Translations under genes and position numbers: made by a program | In this document: one piece after another, positions 1-13,300 of the stretch | Layout: every line of letters starts with the position of its first letter | How positions within the stretch are numbered: position 1 is the first letter of the stretch | Notes under the pieces: model-generated | What the model was told of the DNA's origin: nothing | Seen by the model: the letters and a program-made list of their open reading frames with translations, nothing else | The model's database searches: none | Origin: Raillietiella orientalis | Lineage: Eukaryota | DNA: 64,000 nucleotides | Reading direction: 5' to 3' | Assembly: GCA_036172245.1 (NCBI GenBank) | Contig: JAYWIR010000008.1 | Coordinates: 4,030,001-4,094,000, forward strand

Positions 1-599
1 TCGGAGGAGAATGGGGGGGAGGACGAGCGTGGACAAGGATTTCCGAGGAAAGAGGCACAGCTTCCCCGTTCGTGATCCCCGCAGAGGTCGCCTCCGCATC
101 CAGGCAGGGAGGGTTGCGCCGAGTAGACGAGCCCGCGGAGTTGGGTGCAGATGAAGCATCGAGGAGGAGACCTCCGCAGCCCTGCGTCGGCTGCCGCGGT
201 CCGCAAGGATGACTCCGCGGCCAGCAACGCCAGGCAGACAGACCTTTCCGTTTAAGGAAGAACCCTTCTTCCTGGTGGTCACTGCCTCCAGGAGGCTCCC
301 TGCTCTTTATTCTGCGCTCTGCCGAAGAAGAGACCGTTCTCCCTCTTGCCGATCGCTTGCTCCTCCTCCCCGTCCCCAACATCCCTCCGAGTCCCTCCTG
401 GACGGAGCCAGACGAAGGTGGACGGCACCCCCTGACCCTTCTCTTCCTCGATCCCAGAGAGGAGCAAAGGCTGGATGGAGCAGGGCGAGATCCAGGAGCA
501 GGAGGACCAGGGTATTCCTTCACTGTGCCCCAGCTGGCGAGAAGCAGCGTGGAAGCGACCTCATCCTCCTATCTGACCTGACTTGACCCGCAGAGAGCA

Positions 600-1100
600 A
601 GCGAAGGAGCTGCGTTGCACAAGCGATCCTGGCTTGCAGGACCCTCAGGATGAGGAGGTCTGGGGGTCAAGGACCGCCGACTAGCAGGTCGCTGCAGAGA
701 AAGTCCTTCCGTAACGTAGCCGTTGCCATGGAGGCGAAAACTCCTTGCGTGGTGAGCGCAGAGCGCCTGGGGCTGCGAGAAACGGAGGAGGGGCAGCAGC
801 CATGGCTGCAGCTACTCCACAGGGGGAACGCGAAAACTGAAAATGTTCGAGAGCCTGCCTTGTTGGGGGGGGGGGGGGGGGGGAAGGGGCGTTCTTCGCC
901 AGGAGCTGTTTGTGAGGACTGGCTCCAGGAAAGTCTAGCGGGCAGATCCGAGAACGCGAGACTCGAAAGAGCTGTCCTCATCCCACCCACCCACCTCCGA
1001 AGTGAACCCCATGGGATGTCCAACTGTTCGACCCTTCGGGACCGACGTCGGAGGAACTGAACATCCCTGACGGGGGGAGCCACTCGTTTCGCCCGCCCAT
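600..1100 (-). pseudogene. Possible family X paralog
   Basis: ATLRKDFLCSDLLVGG (~670-725), with nucleotide resemblance to copy D 19897-19953. Confidence 0.35.
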
Positions 1101-4100
1101 CCATCACCGCGGGGACGCACTCGGCGCTGGGCGAAGAGGAGGATCCGCTGCCGACGCAGAGAGGAGGGCCGAGTTCGATCCGGGCAGCTGTCTATCGCCT
1201 ACCGCCTGCTGCTGCTGGCTACGGCCCCGCCGCTCGGAGCATCCTCTCTTTGGCGGCGTTCCTCCAATCAGGTCGAGACGCTGCTGCTGCTGAGACGGCT
1301 GAGACGGTAGACCAAGCGCTGCCTTCCCTCCCCCATCCGCCTTCTTCCGGCCAAACCAGAGGGCCTCCCACTCGGAAACTCCTCGTTGGCAGCACCTTGT
1401 AGCCCACGAGGCGCGCGTCCTCGCCACGTTCTGTTGTAGCGGCGTGAGGCGTCCCGAGGACAGGAAGGAGAAAGTCCTGGGAAGCGTTCCCTCTGCGGAT
1501 GGGAATGGCGGCTTCAAAGGATCAGTTCCTCCCTCCCTCCTAGCGGAAAGAGGAGGAATCAGGCTTCGCAGATCTTGTCGGGAATAATCTGATCTCCGGA
1601 CTGACGTCATCTGAATGGAAGAAAAATCCATGATGGCGCGGAGGGCACCTTGACCTTGCTCTTTCTCCTCCTCGATCAGGACGACGACATGACCATGGTC
1701 ACAGACACCGTCACATTTTCGTCGGCGTGGTCGCCGGCATCTTCGCCGTCACTGTGATCGCTGGTGAGCGTCGCCCTGATCACGAGACCACCACCATCGT
1801 CGTCAGCGTTGTCCACGACCCACGTCATCATGAGGATAAGCAGTATCCCTGTCGTCATCTTCACTGCCGCAGCATCCCCTCCCCCCTCGTCCTTACCCTC
1901 TACTCCGTGGTCGTCCTCACCACGAGCGTCTCCACCTCCTCTTCCTCCCGTTTTCCTCCTCCTCCTCCTCCTCCACGAGGGACCCCCGCCGACGGGCGCC
2001 CGGAGGTCTCCTCACGACGGCCGGCAGCTGTGAGGGCCCGGCGGCGAGGGAAAGTTAACCCACGAAGCAGCAGCCCTCGACCCCGATGGTCGGACCCGTG
2101 CCGAGGGCGAGCGCGCGGCAACTCCCGCAGCCGCCTCCGGCGGCGGCGACCGTATGGACCGGTGACCGCTCCGACCCCTCCAGCGAGACCTCCTCGCCTT
2201 GACCCGGACCCCTCTTCCCGGAGCGGGCGAGACCTCCTGGGGGGGGAGTCACGCGGAAGGAGCCAGACAGAAAGAGGGTGGAGCCCCGGCTACCAGTCTG
2301 GAGGACCGGGAAAGCAGCCTCCGCTCCTCTTCCTCTCCCTGAGGGCGCCCTCAGGGGGAGGCGCTGCCTCGTCACGCGGAGGGGCAGACGGGGACGCTCC
2401 TGCGGGGATACTCGGGCGAAAAGAGGTGGAGAGCAACCGCATGAGGAGGTCCAGTGCTCGAGGTCAACATCTGGGGACGCGCGTTTGCTTTTTTTCCGGG
2501 GTCACATGAAGGAGGTGAGTCTGCCTGCAGGGCGGTTACGCCTTCAACACCGCAGTGGCCGCGGTTGCCAGCAGCAGGGACGCTGCCCTCCTCTAGGAGC
2601 TGTCCCTCCCGGGCGTCAAAGAAGCACCGAGGCAACCGAGGGTCACTAACCGAAGCTCCCTGGTCTCGTCCGCCCGAAGGGAAAGAAGTCACTCCCGCAA
2701 AGGAGGGGGGGGGGGATCGGCGCTCCCTCCCCCTCCTTTCCTAATTCATTGACGCTTGCGCTCTTCGAGGAGCGAACGGTGGGAAGCGTGCGTGCCATCG
2801 AGGGCAGAGCCACTCGCCCGTTAGTGCGCGCAGGCGCGGGCGATTTCCTTTTTCTTGGAACGCGCGCGATCCTGGAGACACGCGCCATGCCGCCGCCGCC
2901 ATCTTGCGCCTACAGTGATGCGAATGCTCGCACACGCTAGTGCAAGTGCCACTCGTGGAGGGGAGTGGGAGGTCGCCTGCGCTCACATTCCTCCGTTCAT
3001 TCTCATCCACGCAACCCGGACGCGGACAGGTCCCTTCCCTGTCCCACAAGCCCCGGCGGCGTCCCTACTGTCTGCAGATGCCTGGCGACGCTTCGATTCG
3101 CCTCCTCCCACTGACCCCCCCTGATCTCGGCTTCTCGCATTGCACATGCGCATTGTGGAGGTCCGACCAGGGAGCGCAGGCAATTCCCCGAGACAGGATC
3201 GACCACCCAGGTTGCGAAGGGAACACCCCGCTGGAGGGCGCCGAGTCCAGTGCGCAGCAAAGCGCACGTGTCGGACCGACTCGATGGGGGAGGGGGAAAG
3301 AGAAAGGGCGGCGGGAGGTCGCGGATGCTGTCATCATCATTCGTGATGGATGCGCGAAAACCCACGGAGCCAGATCCCTCGCTTTCTGTTGCCGCAAGCG
3401 CTCCGACAGGAGGAGCAGATTGAGGCAGTGGGCGTTGAGGAGAGATGCTTCGAGTGTCGCCCGGGCAACCGAAGGTCCTCCCGCGGAGGCCGCATGCTAA
3501 GGAGGGGAGCCGTGTTGGTCGTCGCCACCTTCTCCGCAGCTTCTTCTGGATCTCCACGTTTTCTGGAGTTTTCAGGAAGGGTGGGAGTGCAGGAGGATGG
3601 GATGCGCCGAGGAACCTGCAGCATTCCTGAAGAGGAAGGGGGAGAGGAGGGCAGGTGACGGCGACGGAGAGGATCATCAGGGAAGGGAGAGAGTCAGGAT
3701 TTTAGCAGGAGGAATTTCTCATCCTCCCTCCAGCGTCCCTGCATGATCATGACCGCCGACGGACAAGGCTTCCGCCTCCCGAGGCTCTCAGGAGGAAGGG
3801 ATCGGCCAGATCGCAGCGGGATGCCTCGGAATTCCTCCCCTTCCGAACTCTTTCACTTCGGGCGCGGGACACTGATATCTGACGGAAGAGTGAGCACAGC
3901 TTCCTCCCCTCCGATTACCCCCTCCCCGGCTCTTGGACGCTTTTCCCTCGGGATCGCTCCCGTCCCGCTCCCTTCACCTGCCCCTTGAGCAGTGACCGAT
4001 ACGGCAGGGCCCGGGCAGGACGGTGGAAGAAAAGATGGAGGAAGGGGAAGCTTCCTCAGCATCCTCCAAGAACTGCTGAGGAGGGTCCAGCGTCGTTCTC

Positions 4101-5059
4101 TCGCACCGGGCGGGTTGGGACGGGCGGGGGGGGCGCACCGCGGTCGTGGTCAGCAGTGGGTGAGGGGAGGACGAGTAAGGATCTTTCCTTTGCTGCTCCG
4201 CTCCGCTTTCCAGCCGCCGTTCCTGAACCCTCCTGTAGAAGTAGGGAAGAGGAAGGGGAGGAGAGGATTCGCTCGCGATGGTGGAACGACAGGTATAACC
4301 ATAGAGACGGGGAGAAAGGGGAAACGCGACTCCCGGGGGGAAGGAGGAGGAGGTAGAGGAAGCAAGGGAGAGAGGAAAGACGGAGGGAGAAGGGAGAACC
4401 CTGGAATGGCGGTCCGTTCCAACGCGCCTCCTCCTCCCACCTTCTTGGCCCCCCTTTTTCTCAGTTTCGCAGTTCCCACCCACCCCTTCCTTCCCCTCTC
4501 GTCGCCTAAGAAACGGAAGAGTCTCTAGAATCCGTCTCTTCCCCCTCCTCCTCTCTTGCAGAGAAGGAGGAGGGGAGGGCGAGACGACACGATACCTCTT
4601 TGCGCTTTTCGTCACCCCTTCTCTCCCCCCCCCCCCCTGGTTGCGGTAGCCCTCGCTGCTTTACCCGTTTCTGCCCGCACTCCTGACCACGGATCTCTCA
4701 TCCCCTCCCTTCTTCCTCCTCCTCCTCCACTTCCTTTGGAAGGGAAAGTGCTGGTGGCAGGCCGAGGTCCTCCCTAACCCAAAACCGCGCCGGCGGCTGC
4801 GCCAACTGAGAACTCAAAGCCTTCGCGCGCGGATGAACACCGCGACCCACTGGTAAGAGGGGGAGGGGGGTGGAAGGAGGCGTGCTTCCCCGAGGAGAGA
4901 GGCCGGAGCAGAGACAGCCCCCATTCTTCAGGCACTTCATCACCGACCTGAACAGGAGTCCTCGAGTCCTAATGAGGGCAGAATAGGGGCATGTAGCTGC
5001 GGCTGACCAAGGCGTGGTGTCCCAACGAGGGAAAGAGCCTCACTCCTTCCTTCCCCAGG

Positions 5060-5660
5060 GTGCTCTCATCGGAAGCAGTGCTTAAGATCGCAAGAGTGTC
5101 GTCGCCGAGGGGAGCATCTGGGAGACCCCTAGGACATCAACTCCCCAAACTCCAGATCCCTGTAGCTCTCCTGAGGTACACCTCCTTTCGAGTTCCGCTG
5201 ATCTCTCCGCGGCCTCTTTCCCCTCCCTCCTCCTACTCCGTTGGGGAAGGGAAGGTGGGGGCGGTGCCAGCGGGAGAAGGATACTTGCGGGACGCGCCAC
5301 AGCCCACAAGAGGAGGGGCGGAGCCTCCTTCCCCGCTCCTCCTCGCCCCTTCCTCTCTTTCCCAGCAGCACCGGTCTCCTCCAGAGAAGGTCGCCGTCTC
5401 CTCCAAGCGATGTGACAGGCCGAGGACGGACCCTCAGAAAAGGAGCAGCAACGCCCTTTCTTCCGGAGTTCAGACAGCGGACTGTTCGTGCCAGCGGCAG
5501 GCCGCGGGTGGTTGTCGAAGACGGGTCAGGAAAAAGAGCCGGCTCGTTGGCTTGTCTCCGTTGCGGGGAAGCTGTGCACTGTCATCTTTGCGGTCTCTCG
5601 CGCGCGCTGAGACGCCGTGGCCCTTGATCAGAGGGGAGGCAGGGGATGGCATGTCTCTCT
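5060..5660 (+). pseudogene. Family X paralog (divergent)
   Basis: LLRYTSFRVPL (~5168-5200) resembles LHRYASFVPL of copy F. GEAVH...RAETPWP (~5565-5625, across a frameshift) resembles RDAAH and RTESRWP. Confidence 0.5.
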
Positions 5661-7319
5661 TCCTCCACCTCCTCACCATCTTCGGAGTCCCCTCCCGAGA
5701 AAAACTCCTTCCCTCCCGGTAGGGGGAGGGAGGATAGAAGAGGGGTGGAGTGGGGATGGATGAGGGGCAGAGTCGAGGAGTGGGGGGCGGAGAACCCGGG
5801 ATCGTACCCGGCTGCAGCAGCAACCTCTGCTCTGCCTCCTTTGCATGCATCCCTGAGGGTGTTGCCGCAGTCGCTGTGCAGACCGAGGAAGTCCACACTC
5901 TGGTTCATTCCTCAGGATTCGTGGGTCCCCTCTTCCTCCTTCCTGCCGTTTTTCCGGCGTGCTCTCTCAACAAAGGCACCGCCTCCTCCCTTTGTTCCGA
6001 GGAAGAGGCACCCAGCCAGGAGTCCATTACTCGATGTTTATCGGAAAGTCAAAAGGAAGAAAAGGGAGAGGGGAGGGGAGGAGGCGCAGCGGATGAGAAG
6101 GGGAGGGGTGGGAGGAGGACTGGCAGGTGACTCGTCACCAGATGGTCTTTCGCCGCCGATCAGATAGGTGCCGCGCGCCCGAGCGGATGAAATTCCTGTA
6201 TCGCACCGGTGCGTTCCCGGGCGGCAGGCGACGCGCGCACGCCGCCCCGCCAGCAGTCCGCCGGGACCCGCGGCGACCACCACGCCAGTGCCCCGGCCGA
6301 TAACGATCGCTGCGGTAAATCTCTTTGGGACCCGCCCGGCGATTCCAGCTGCGCGCTCCTCATTCTTTCCTTCTTTCTCTTGCGGTCTCCAGCTGCCGAC
6401 TGGTGGGCCCGCGGGATCGCGGCTCAGCTTCCTTGAGAAGCGAAGAGCGGCAGGGCGCTGCCCTATACTGTCCTTGGGGTGCAGCCCGAGGACGCGCTCT
6501 TGTTATCGCGGAACGCGGATAACCCAGAGAAAAGCTGCACCCCTGAGGTCGACCTCCGACGCTTTCCCACCGCTGCGCTTCGGCGGAATTGGCCACTCGC
6601 CGAAGGGAGGAAGAGACGGTTGCCCCTTTTGTCCACAAGAAACGGAGAAGGTTTGTCCCTCCCCCTTGCCGTGCGAGGGTAGCCAGAGGAGGGAGACCTT
6701 CGATCGGCCGCGAGACTTCCAGCTTCCTCGAACTTCATCCAATCCACGGGAGAGGTCGGCAAGGTCGGAGATGTCTTCCCGATGAACGCAGCCAAGTAAG
6801 AAAGAAAAAGACAAAAGACAGCAGTCACGGATCTCTTGAACCTTCTGACCTCAACCGGTCCGCAGGTCGCGAAATGTCATGTTGTGTTCTGCTTTTGAAT
6901 TTCCCCCGGAACGTCCCCAGTTCACCAGTTTCCTGCTGCCCGACGTCGTGCGCACGCGTATCCTCGGAGAACCCAGTGGTTCCTCTGCTGCTTTCCCATC
7001 GGCCACAGTGGCCTCTGCCCGCGCTTCGGACGTGTCCGGCGGGAGGAACGAGGGAGTCGAGCGCCTCGGTCCCGACGGGAGACGAGACGCCCAGCCACCA
7101 CCTACCAACGCAACCTGGGAAACGAGAAAAAGGCGCCCGGAGTATCCCGCATAGGATGTTCCACCCTCTCTCCTCCTGAAGAAGCTGTGGATCTCGCCCG
7201 GGAAGTGCAATCCTTGGAAACTGTTCTCAGGCGTCAGCGATTGCTGCTCGCCGATCGTCCCAGGCTGCTATTTTTAACTCGTCACTCTCCCGGCTTACTG
7301 CGCGGAGCTCGCTCTCTGC

Positions 7320-8295
7320 TGATTGTTGCGCAAAGTCCTCTCCCTACTGATTGTTGAGAGGGGCCGTTGCCGGTTCTGGTTTCATGCCATTGCACCGACC
7401 TTGCTGCCGCTGCGCCGTCCGTCCAGACGGAGCCTGCTGCCCGGATCCCTTTCGCATGGAAAGGATTCCCTTGGGACAGGAAAGCCCATCCGCATCGCCC
7501 CAATTCCTGCTTCCTCCATGCTGGGTCTCTCAAACGCAGAGGCCGCTTCATAGAGACAGGCCTCGCAATGGTAATGGAATTTTCCCGGATCCACGTTGGC
7601 AGTGAGACCAACCATCGGACTGTGGCGGTGAAGCCGCGCGCACGAGTGAAGGCATCATGGAAACGGGAAGGCCGCGGTTCATACTCGGGAACACAGGAAG
7701 AAGCTACGTGACAAAATTGTGGGTATAAGACAGTGGAGTGGGAGCGATCCAAAAGCTGACCCTACGTAGCAGAGGAGCCACAAAAAGAAAAGGAGAACCT
7801 AAAGGAAAGAAAAGCAGGAGGGAAAACAACAAGGACAGGAAAGAACCCAAAATGGATTTCGATCTTAGGGAAATCCCTTGCAAAGCTCTCCACCACTGGA
7901 CACGGGCGGGAGCATGGACGTTCGGAGTGCGACAGGTGCAGGAAGAAAAAGACCCTCCTGCACCTGCTGTCGAACTGTGCTGCCCTCCGAACTCTTTGGG
8001 ATCGTCTCGCAACGATCCTAGGAATCGCGGCGGGCGGCCCCAGGGACATTTTCAGGTGCCTTTTCGTGCGCAGTGCCGCACTGCTGCTGGCTACGTCGCT
8101 CGCAGTTCCCTGCTGTTTCAGCGGGATCATGGCGGCGTGGAAGGCCAAAGAAGAAACCGAAACGGCAGGGACGCCGCCCATTGGGAGGGGATCTTCCTGA
8201 AGACCGCCTTGTGATGACCTCACCTGGGCGATAGACGAACGGAGCTTGCCGGCATCCTGAACAGGATGCAGAGGACGTCTGGTAGCGTACTGTGA
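7320..8295 (+). pseudogene. Family X paralog A
   Basis: REIPCKALHHW (7867-7899), CAALRTLWDRL (7976-8008), RDIFRCLFVR (~8042-8071), RDAAHWEGIFLKT (8167-8205) and ELAGILNRMQRT (8242-8277), colinear with copy D. Contains frameshifts and in-frame stops. The 5' end is uncertain. Confidence 0.8.
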
Positions 8296-8344
8296 TCTCT
8301 TCCTCGGTCCGCCCCCCCTCCGCGTGTAAAAATTCTCTTCCCCG

Positions 8345-8456
8345 TTTTGGTTGTTTTTGTTTCCCCTTCTCCCACGCTGCCGAAGCGGATCTCGCCACTA
8401 TACGAACCGCTCTTCGGCAGGTTCATCGCACGTGGTAGAACAAAGAGTTCTACCAC
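8345..8456 (+). other. Conserved 3' non-coding module of copy A (pyrimidine tract plus terminal hairpin)
   Basis: Perfect 10-bp stem GTGGTAGAAC-aaaga-GTTCTACCAC (8432-8456). The preceding tract aligns with 20210-20255. Confidence 0.75.
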
Positions 8457-8480
8457 ATTTCTATGTATTTTTGTTATATT

Positions 8481-8491
8481 TATATAATAAA
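8481..8491 (+). promoter_or_regulatory. Overlapping TATA-like box and AATAAA poly(A) signal
   Basis: TATATAATAAA in a short AT island between copy A's 3' hairpin and the next ATG at 8546. Confidence 0.4.
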
Positions 8492-8545
8492 TGCCCCTGC
8501 ATAACCTGGTGCTAGTCATCCTAGCCACACGTTTCTAGTCACACG

Positions 8546-9300
8546 ATGCATCAGGACTGTCTCATATCCAGAGGGCTGTCCTCCTCCCTGCCGATCGCCC
8601 TCTGCGTCCCGAACGAGCGACTGCCCAGCTGCCTCCCCTGCATCTGCCTTGAGGAACAGCTGCAGAGGATTTGGCACGCGAGAAGTCGGAATTCTTCCCC
8701 AGGTAGGGATGTTGCCACGTCTGGGTCTCCCTCTGGGAGCAGGCGGAGGTGGAGGACACCGTGGAGGGGTTCTGTGAGGAGCGCGGGAAACCATGGAGTC
8801 CTGATTCAAGGGGCGTGCCGCTGTGCCTTCTCCTCGCCGAACTCCAGAAAGCAGCATCCCACGGGAAGGTGAGGAAACAAAGAAAAAACAAAACACAAGG
8901 AGGATGGTTGTTTGGGCACAGCTGTCCACGCCCGCAGGGCAAATCCGTCTCGGTATCTCACTGCGTGGCGCCTCGCGGGGGTCTCCCTCCCTTTCTACCA
9001 GGAAGGAGGACGAGGAGATTACGTTCCGGCTCTGTATTTTTTCCCCTCTGGCCTTCCGAGGAGGATGTGATGGATGAGACCGCGTCCACTTTGTCTGCAG
9101 CGGTGAACCAGCGTTGCCATGGGGAACGGTCCCAGCCGAAGAGCAAGGGGGAAGAGATGTGAAACGCACCTCCTTTCGCACCTCCTACGTCTGCTTGTAA
9201 ATCATCCGGGTCCAAGAAAAAGAGGACAGTGTGTCCAGATCACAGGAATGAAGCGGACGCCCGGCAGGGACGGAGGGAGCATAGAATCCAAGGAAGCAGC
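8546..9300 (+). pseudogene. Possible family X paralog directly downstream of copy A
   Basis: Protein-like fragments; GRDVKR (~9150-9170) resembles RDV.KR. An ATG lies ~60 nt after TATATAA. Confidence 0.3.
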
Positions 9301-10006
9301 GCATCCAGAAGATGGGAAGGGAAGGGAGCGAGAGCTCTGCTCCACGACCCATCCTCCGGGAAGTGCCGTTTCCTTGACTGCAGTTTTCCAAGGGAAATAG
9401 CGGTTCGACCAAGCCTCCGGCTGTCCTTCGGGGACGACGCGGTCACTCCTGAAAGCTCCTTAAGGGAGTAGGGAGTTTGTCTTTCGCCACCGCCAGTCGT
9501 CTCCATGATCCTCATCTCCCCTCCTTCTTAGTCCTTACCTGATTTTTCCCTCTATCTTGTCTAGAGGAGTGCGGATCGAATGAGACGTCCCCCCTTCTCA
9601 TATCAGGGAGGGCGTCCGCGCTTTTCTCCAGGTAGGAGATGCAGCCTTTTTTTTTTGTTTGGCTTCGTAGCACAAAGAAGTGGGGAGGAAAAGGGAAGAG
9701 AAACTAGCAAGCAGTCCCCCAAGAAGAAATGGACTGTCCCGCGGGCTTCGGTGCAACGCCCGAAGATCCGACTGGAGTTCGCCCTCTCTAAAAATAGAGC
9801 CATCCTCCGTTCCGTTCGGATGGCCGGTGGCTCGCGCTGCGCATCGACCTTCCGGTGGCCGCAGCTTTGACCGGCTAGCAGTGACCTGATCCGATAGCGA
9901 GAACTGGCTCCCCTGGATGGCGAGGGGCGTCCATTTGGGGGCTCCAGAAGACGCGGAACGGGGGATCAAGAAGGTGCTAGTCTAAGTTCGGAATGTTCTG
10001 AAATTC

Positions 10007-10600
10007 GTGAGCCAGCGGGCGCGCCTCGTGAAATCACTCACTACTTCTGACCTCCTTTCCCTCATCCCTCTCCTTCTGAGCTGCAGCCTTCCCCATCTCT
10101 ATGACCATGCGAGTGCCCACCCCACGTTCTCCTCCTGTAGCATTCGAGAACCTCTTGGCTTTGGTGAGAATCCTGGACGTTCTTTCCCTAGGCAAGGAGT
10201 TTGTCGGGACGTTCGGCGAAAGGCCCAGAGGGGATGGAGGCGGCTTTCGACATCATGTTGACGAAGGGAAGCTGGGAAGGGACCTACGGGAAATCCAGGG
10301 AAGGCCAGCCAGCGCTGGGGCGAGCTCGCGTCTCTCCTGAAGCTTTTAGCAAGGCGACTGAGAGAAGCTGAAACACGGGAGCAGATCAGGGATCAGGATG
10401 CTGGAAGACATGGACTTGACCTCCAGGGCTGCCAAGCTGGTCAACCCCGGACTCGGAGCCTGGGTCTGTTTCCTTCCGTGCTTTTCCTGGACCGCGGGGA
10501 TTACTGCGGACGAAGTTTCCCGGGGACCGCTGTCCCCGTTCGGCACCTCTTCTGTTTTTATGTTGACCTTCTCGGTGTCCTAGGAGCAAGGAGACAACCG
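10007..10600 (+). pseudogene. Family X N-terminal fragment
   Basis: KSLTTSDLLSLIPLLLSCSLPHLY has nucleotide similarity to 11680-11770. HHVDEGKL (10251-10274) resembles EHVDVGNL of copy D. Confidence 0.55.
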
Positions 10601-11639
10601 ACCTGCAGCAAGGGTGCGGAGACGACGCTCCCTGGGAGCAGCGGCACGGGAGCACTTCCGCCGGCACAAACGAAGCGGGTTCGCTCCCAGGAGTGGGTTG
10701 GAGGGGAGAGATGAGGGGTGAGGAGGAGAGGTCAATTCCTTGTGCGAGTTTTCCCCATCTCCACTCCAAGTCCCCAAGGCGTGCGGCTGTGAGCGCAAGA
10801 GGGCGAGAGCGACATCGTCCAGGAAAAGCAGAAAGCTTCATCTTCCCGGAAAGAGAGGGGGCTGGTGAGGAAGGGGAGGGAGAAGCCGAAGGCAGAGGAG
10901 TAGGACGGGAGATGATCGATGAAGGGAGAAGGGAGGAGAGAAAAGGTGGAAGATGACAGGGACGGCTGAGAAGAAGGGGGGGAGGAGGCAATGGCGAAGA
11001 GGAAGATGAGAGATGATGGATGACACGATGGAACTGAAGGAAGAGGAGCGAGATGGTCGCCAAGATGATAACGCTGTGATGGGTGACGACGATTAGGAGA
11101 AGGAATCGGGACTCCTTGGGATGAATGGTGGAGAGAGATGCTCTCCGGCGTTTTCTCCTACTGAAGTGCGCGGGGTATTCCCGTCCCGTCCAACGCCCAT
11201 CCAGTCTCTCCGGCGCTCCATGCGCCATCGAGGCCTCTCCAAGTGAGATGGAAGGGACGATAGAAGAAATCGCTCTCTCGAGTATATTCGCGCTCGCGGC
11301 ACAGGCTAACACCACCGACCCGCCGGTGCTGCGGCTGTCTCGCGCGCGCCCCACCGTCCGCTCGCGAGTTTACTGCGACAGGTAAAAATAGGTTTGATGT
11401 TGATTATAAATTTTTTTTTGGTTGCCAGCACAGGACGCGCTCGGGTCCTCTTTCAGCACCCCGGGTGATGAATAGCGGTGAACTAAGGGGAGGAGTGAGG
11501 CGTCTTGGAGACCATAGGAGCTTGGGTGCCCACGAAAACGCGTCTCTGCCCGCTCTGCCGGGGGCAGTGCCGTTCCTAGAACACTCCATCTGGCCTGTCA
11601 TCTCATCCTGCTCTTCGACATCTGGACCATCAGTGTTTG

Positions 11640-11800
11640 TGTGCGCAGCGACGCGAAAAGGCTGGCTACAGCGAGCCAGCAGCCTCCTTACGAGGTCACC
11701 CACTGCCTCTGATCTCCCTTTCCTCCTGCCACTCCTCTTGAGCTGCAGTCTCCAATACGCCTACGCAAACTGGCCCTGCAACACCCGTCGGAGACCGCGA
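11640..11800 (+). pseudogene. Family X N-terminal fragment
   Basis: RSPTASDLPFLLPLLLSCSLQYAY; about 80 bp is colinear with 10023-10103. Confidence 0.55.
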
Positions 11801-12599
11801 GGCTCGCCAGCTCCCTTCCCTTCCCGCTCCTCCCTCCCCCTCTTTTCCTCCCTTGCCTCCCTGCCACTTCCTCATCATTCCTACGATCCCTGAAAGGCAT
11901 GGCGGCCTCCTTGGCTGAAGGAGTGAAGGAGGGTCCTTGGAACTGCAAACGACGGCGAGACATCGGTCCTCCCAGCTTCCTGAATCAGCTGTGAAATAAG
12001 TTGTGGATGGGGAAGAGGGGGAAGAGGGAAGGTGGGAAGAGGAAGCAACAGGCGTCGGCGGGATCGCTAGGGGAGAGGAGAAAGGGGATTGATCTCGAGG
12101 CGCAAGCGGGGTGGGTGGAACGGTGCCTTTCCTCAGGGTCCGTGACCCAGCGAGGAGCTTAGCGAAGAGTTGCAAGTTTCCTGGATAGGAGACCTCAAGG
12201 AGGTAGTGGGAACTCTCCCTCGATCCTGGACACCGGGGATCCAGAACAGAGCCCCCCTTTGGCAGTCCTCCGCCTTTGCTCCCGCACGAGAGAGTCCTGA
12301 GTCTGCGAAACGAAGGGAGGGACGCTCCTCGATAGAGGAAGGAACCGGGCATAGGAGATAGAAGAAGGAGCCGAGAGCTTCTCCCTGCGCCTGCGGGGGG
12401 GAGGGCAGTCGAGTCCGGCGCTATTCGAACCTAAGAATTCTTCCCGATTGGGGTACGATTCTCTCGCTCATCCCACCGAGAAACGACGCAGGCCAAGTTG
12501 CGGCTTCTGGAACACCTCGAGGGTCCTCGGGAGCCATCAGCAACCTTCCTATCCACCTGGTCTGCGCCCTTCCCTTCCGGGAAAACTTGGCCGATGTTT

Positions 12600-13300
12600 C
12601 GTGGAGTATGGCTGGTCCGAGGAAGCGGCCGTGGGGAGCGGGATCCCCCAGAGGGCTAGGTGATATGAGGGAGGGAGAAGCGTCCTTCCTTTTCGGGAAA
12701 GTAAGGAACAGAGGGGAGAGGGTCCGTCCAACTCACCATGTTTGGGGCGTCCGCAATCTTCTCATCTCCGAATCACGGCCTCCGAGGCGGGTGCTCCGCC
12801 CGGGAGAGTGAGCGGCAAGCGCCACGGGACTTCCTTCCGACAGGACAGACTCGATTCCTGTCTTGGAAGAGAACCGGGGACTTTGGCAGCGAGTCGAGGT
12901 CACCGAAGGCGAACCTTTCGGGCGAGGATAGGGGCGAAGAATCGCTCCACAGTCGGAGGCGGTTTCGAAGGGAGGGTATGGGCTGTACCATTCATGTCCG
13001 GAAACGGGATGCGGTAGAAGGGAGAGGAAGAAACCACCTTACCCCTCTTTTCCTCCCTTGCCTCTCTACCACTTCCTCATCATCACCCCTAGAGACGGGA
13101 AGAATCCCGGAGACCAGGAGGTTCTCTCCAGATCCATGATGGCACCGGGAAATCCGGTGTCACTTGCTGCAAAGGAGTCGGATGCGAGCCGTGGGGACGA
13201 GTCCTCGTTTCAGGTCAGCCCTCGCTCGCTCGTCGGTGCGCCGCCCACCCGCCCGTCATCGGAAGCGTTCTCAAAGGGAAGGATCGGGACGTCCATGCTC
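12600..13300 (-). pseudogene. Family X paralog B
   Basis: On the minus strand: RTDERAR, ENLLVSGILPV, GVRWF (after a frameshift, ~13030-13047) and HLALWGIP (~12640-12665). About 170 bp is colinear at nucleotide level with copy C. Confidence 0.7.

Noticed and set aside
1680..1930. Asp/Val/Thr-rich small protein
   Set aside because: Degenerate CGT/CAT triplet-rich simple sequence.
6460..6560. DnaJ-like start (PYTVLGVQPEDA)
   Set aside because: No following helix II or HPD motif.
8432..8470. Canonical Helitron 3' end
   Set aside because: The hairpin is present, but there is no consistent CTRR terminus just downstream in copies A, D or H, and I saw no Rep/helicase remnant.
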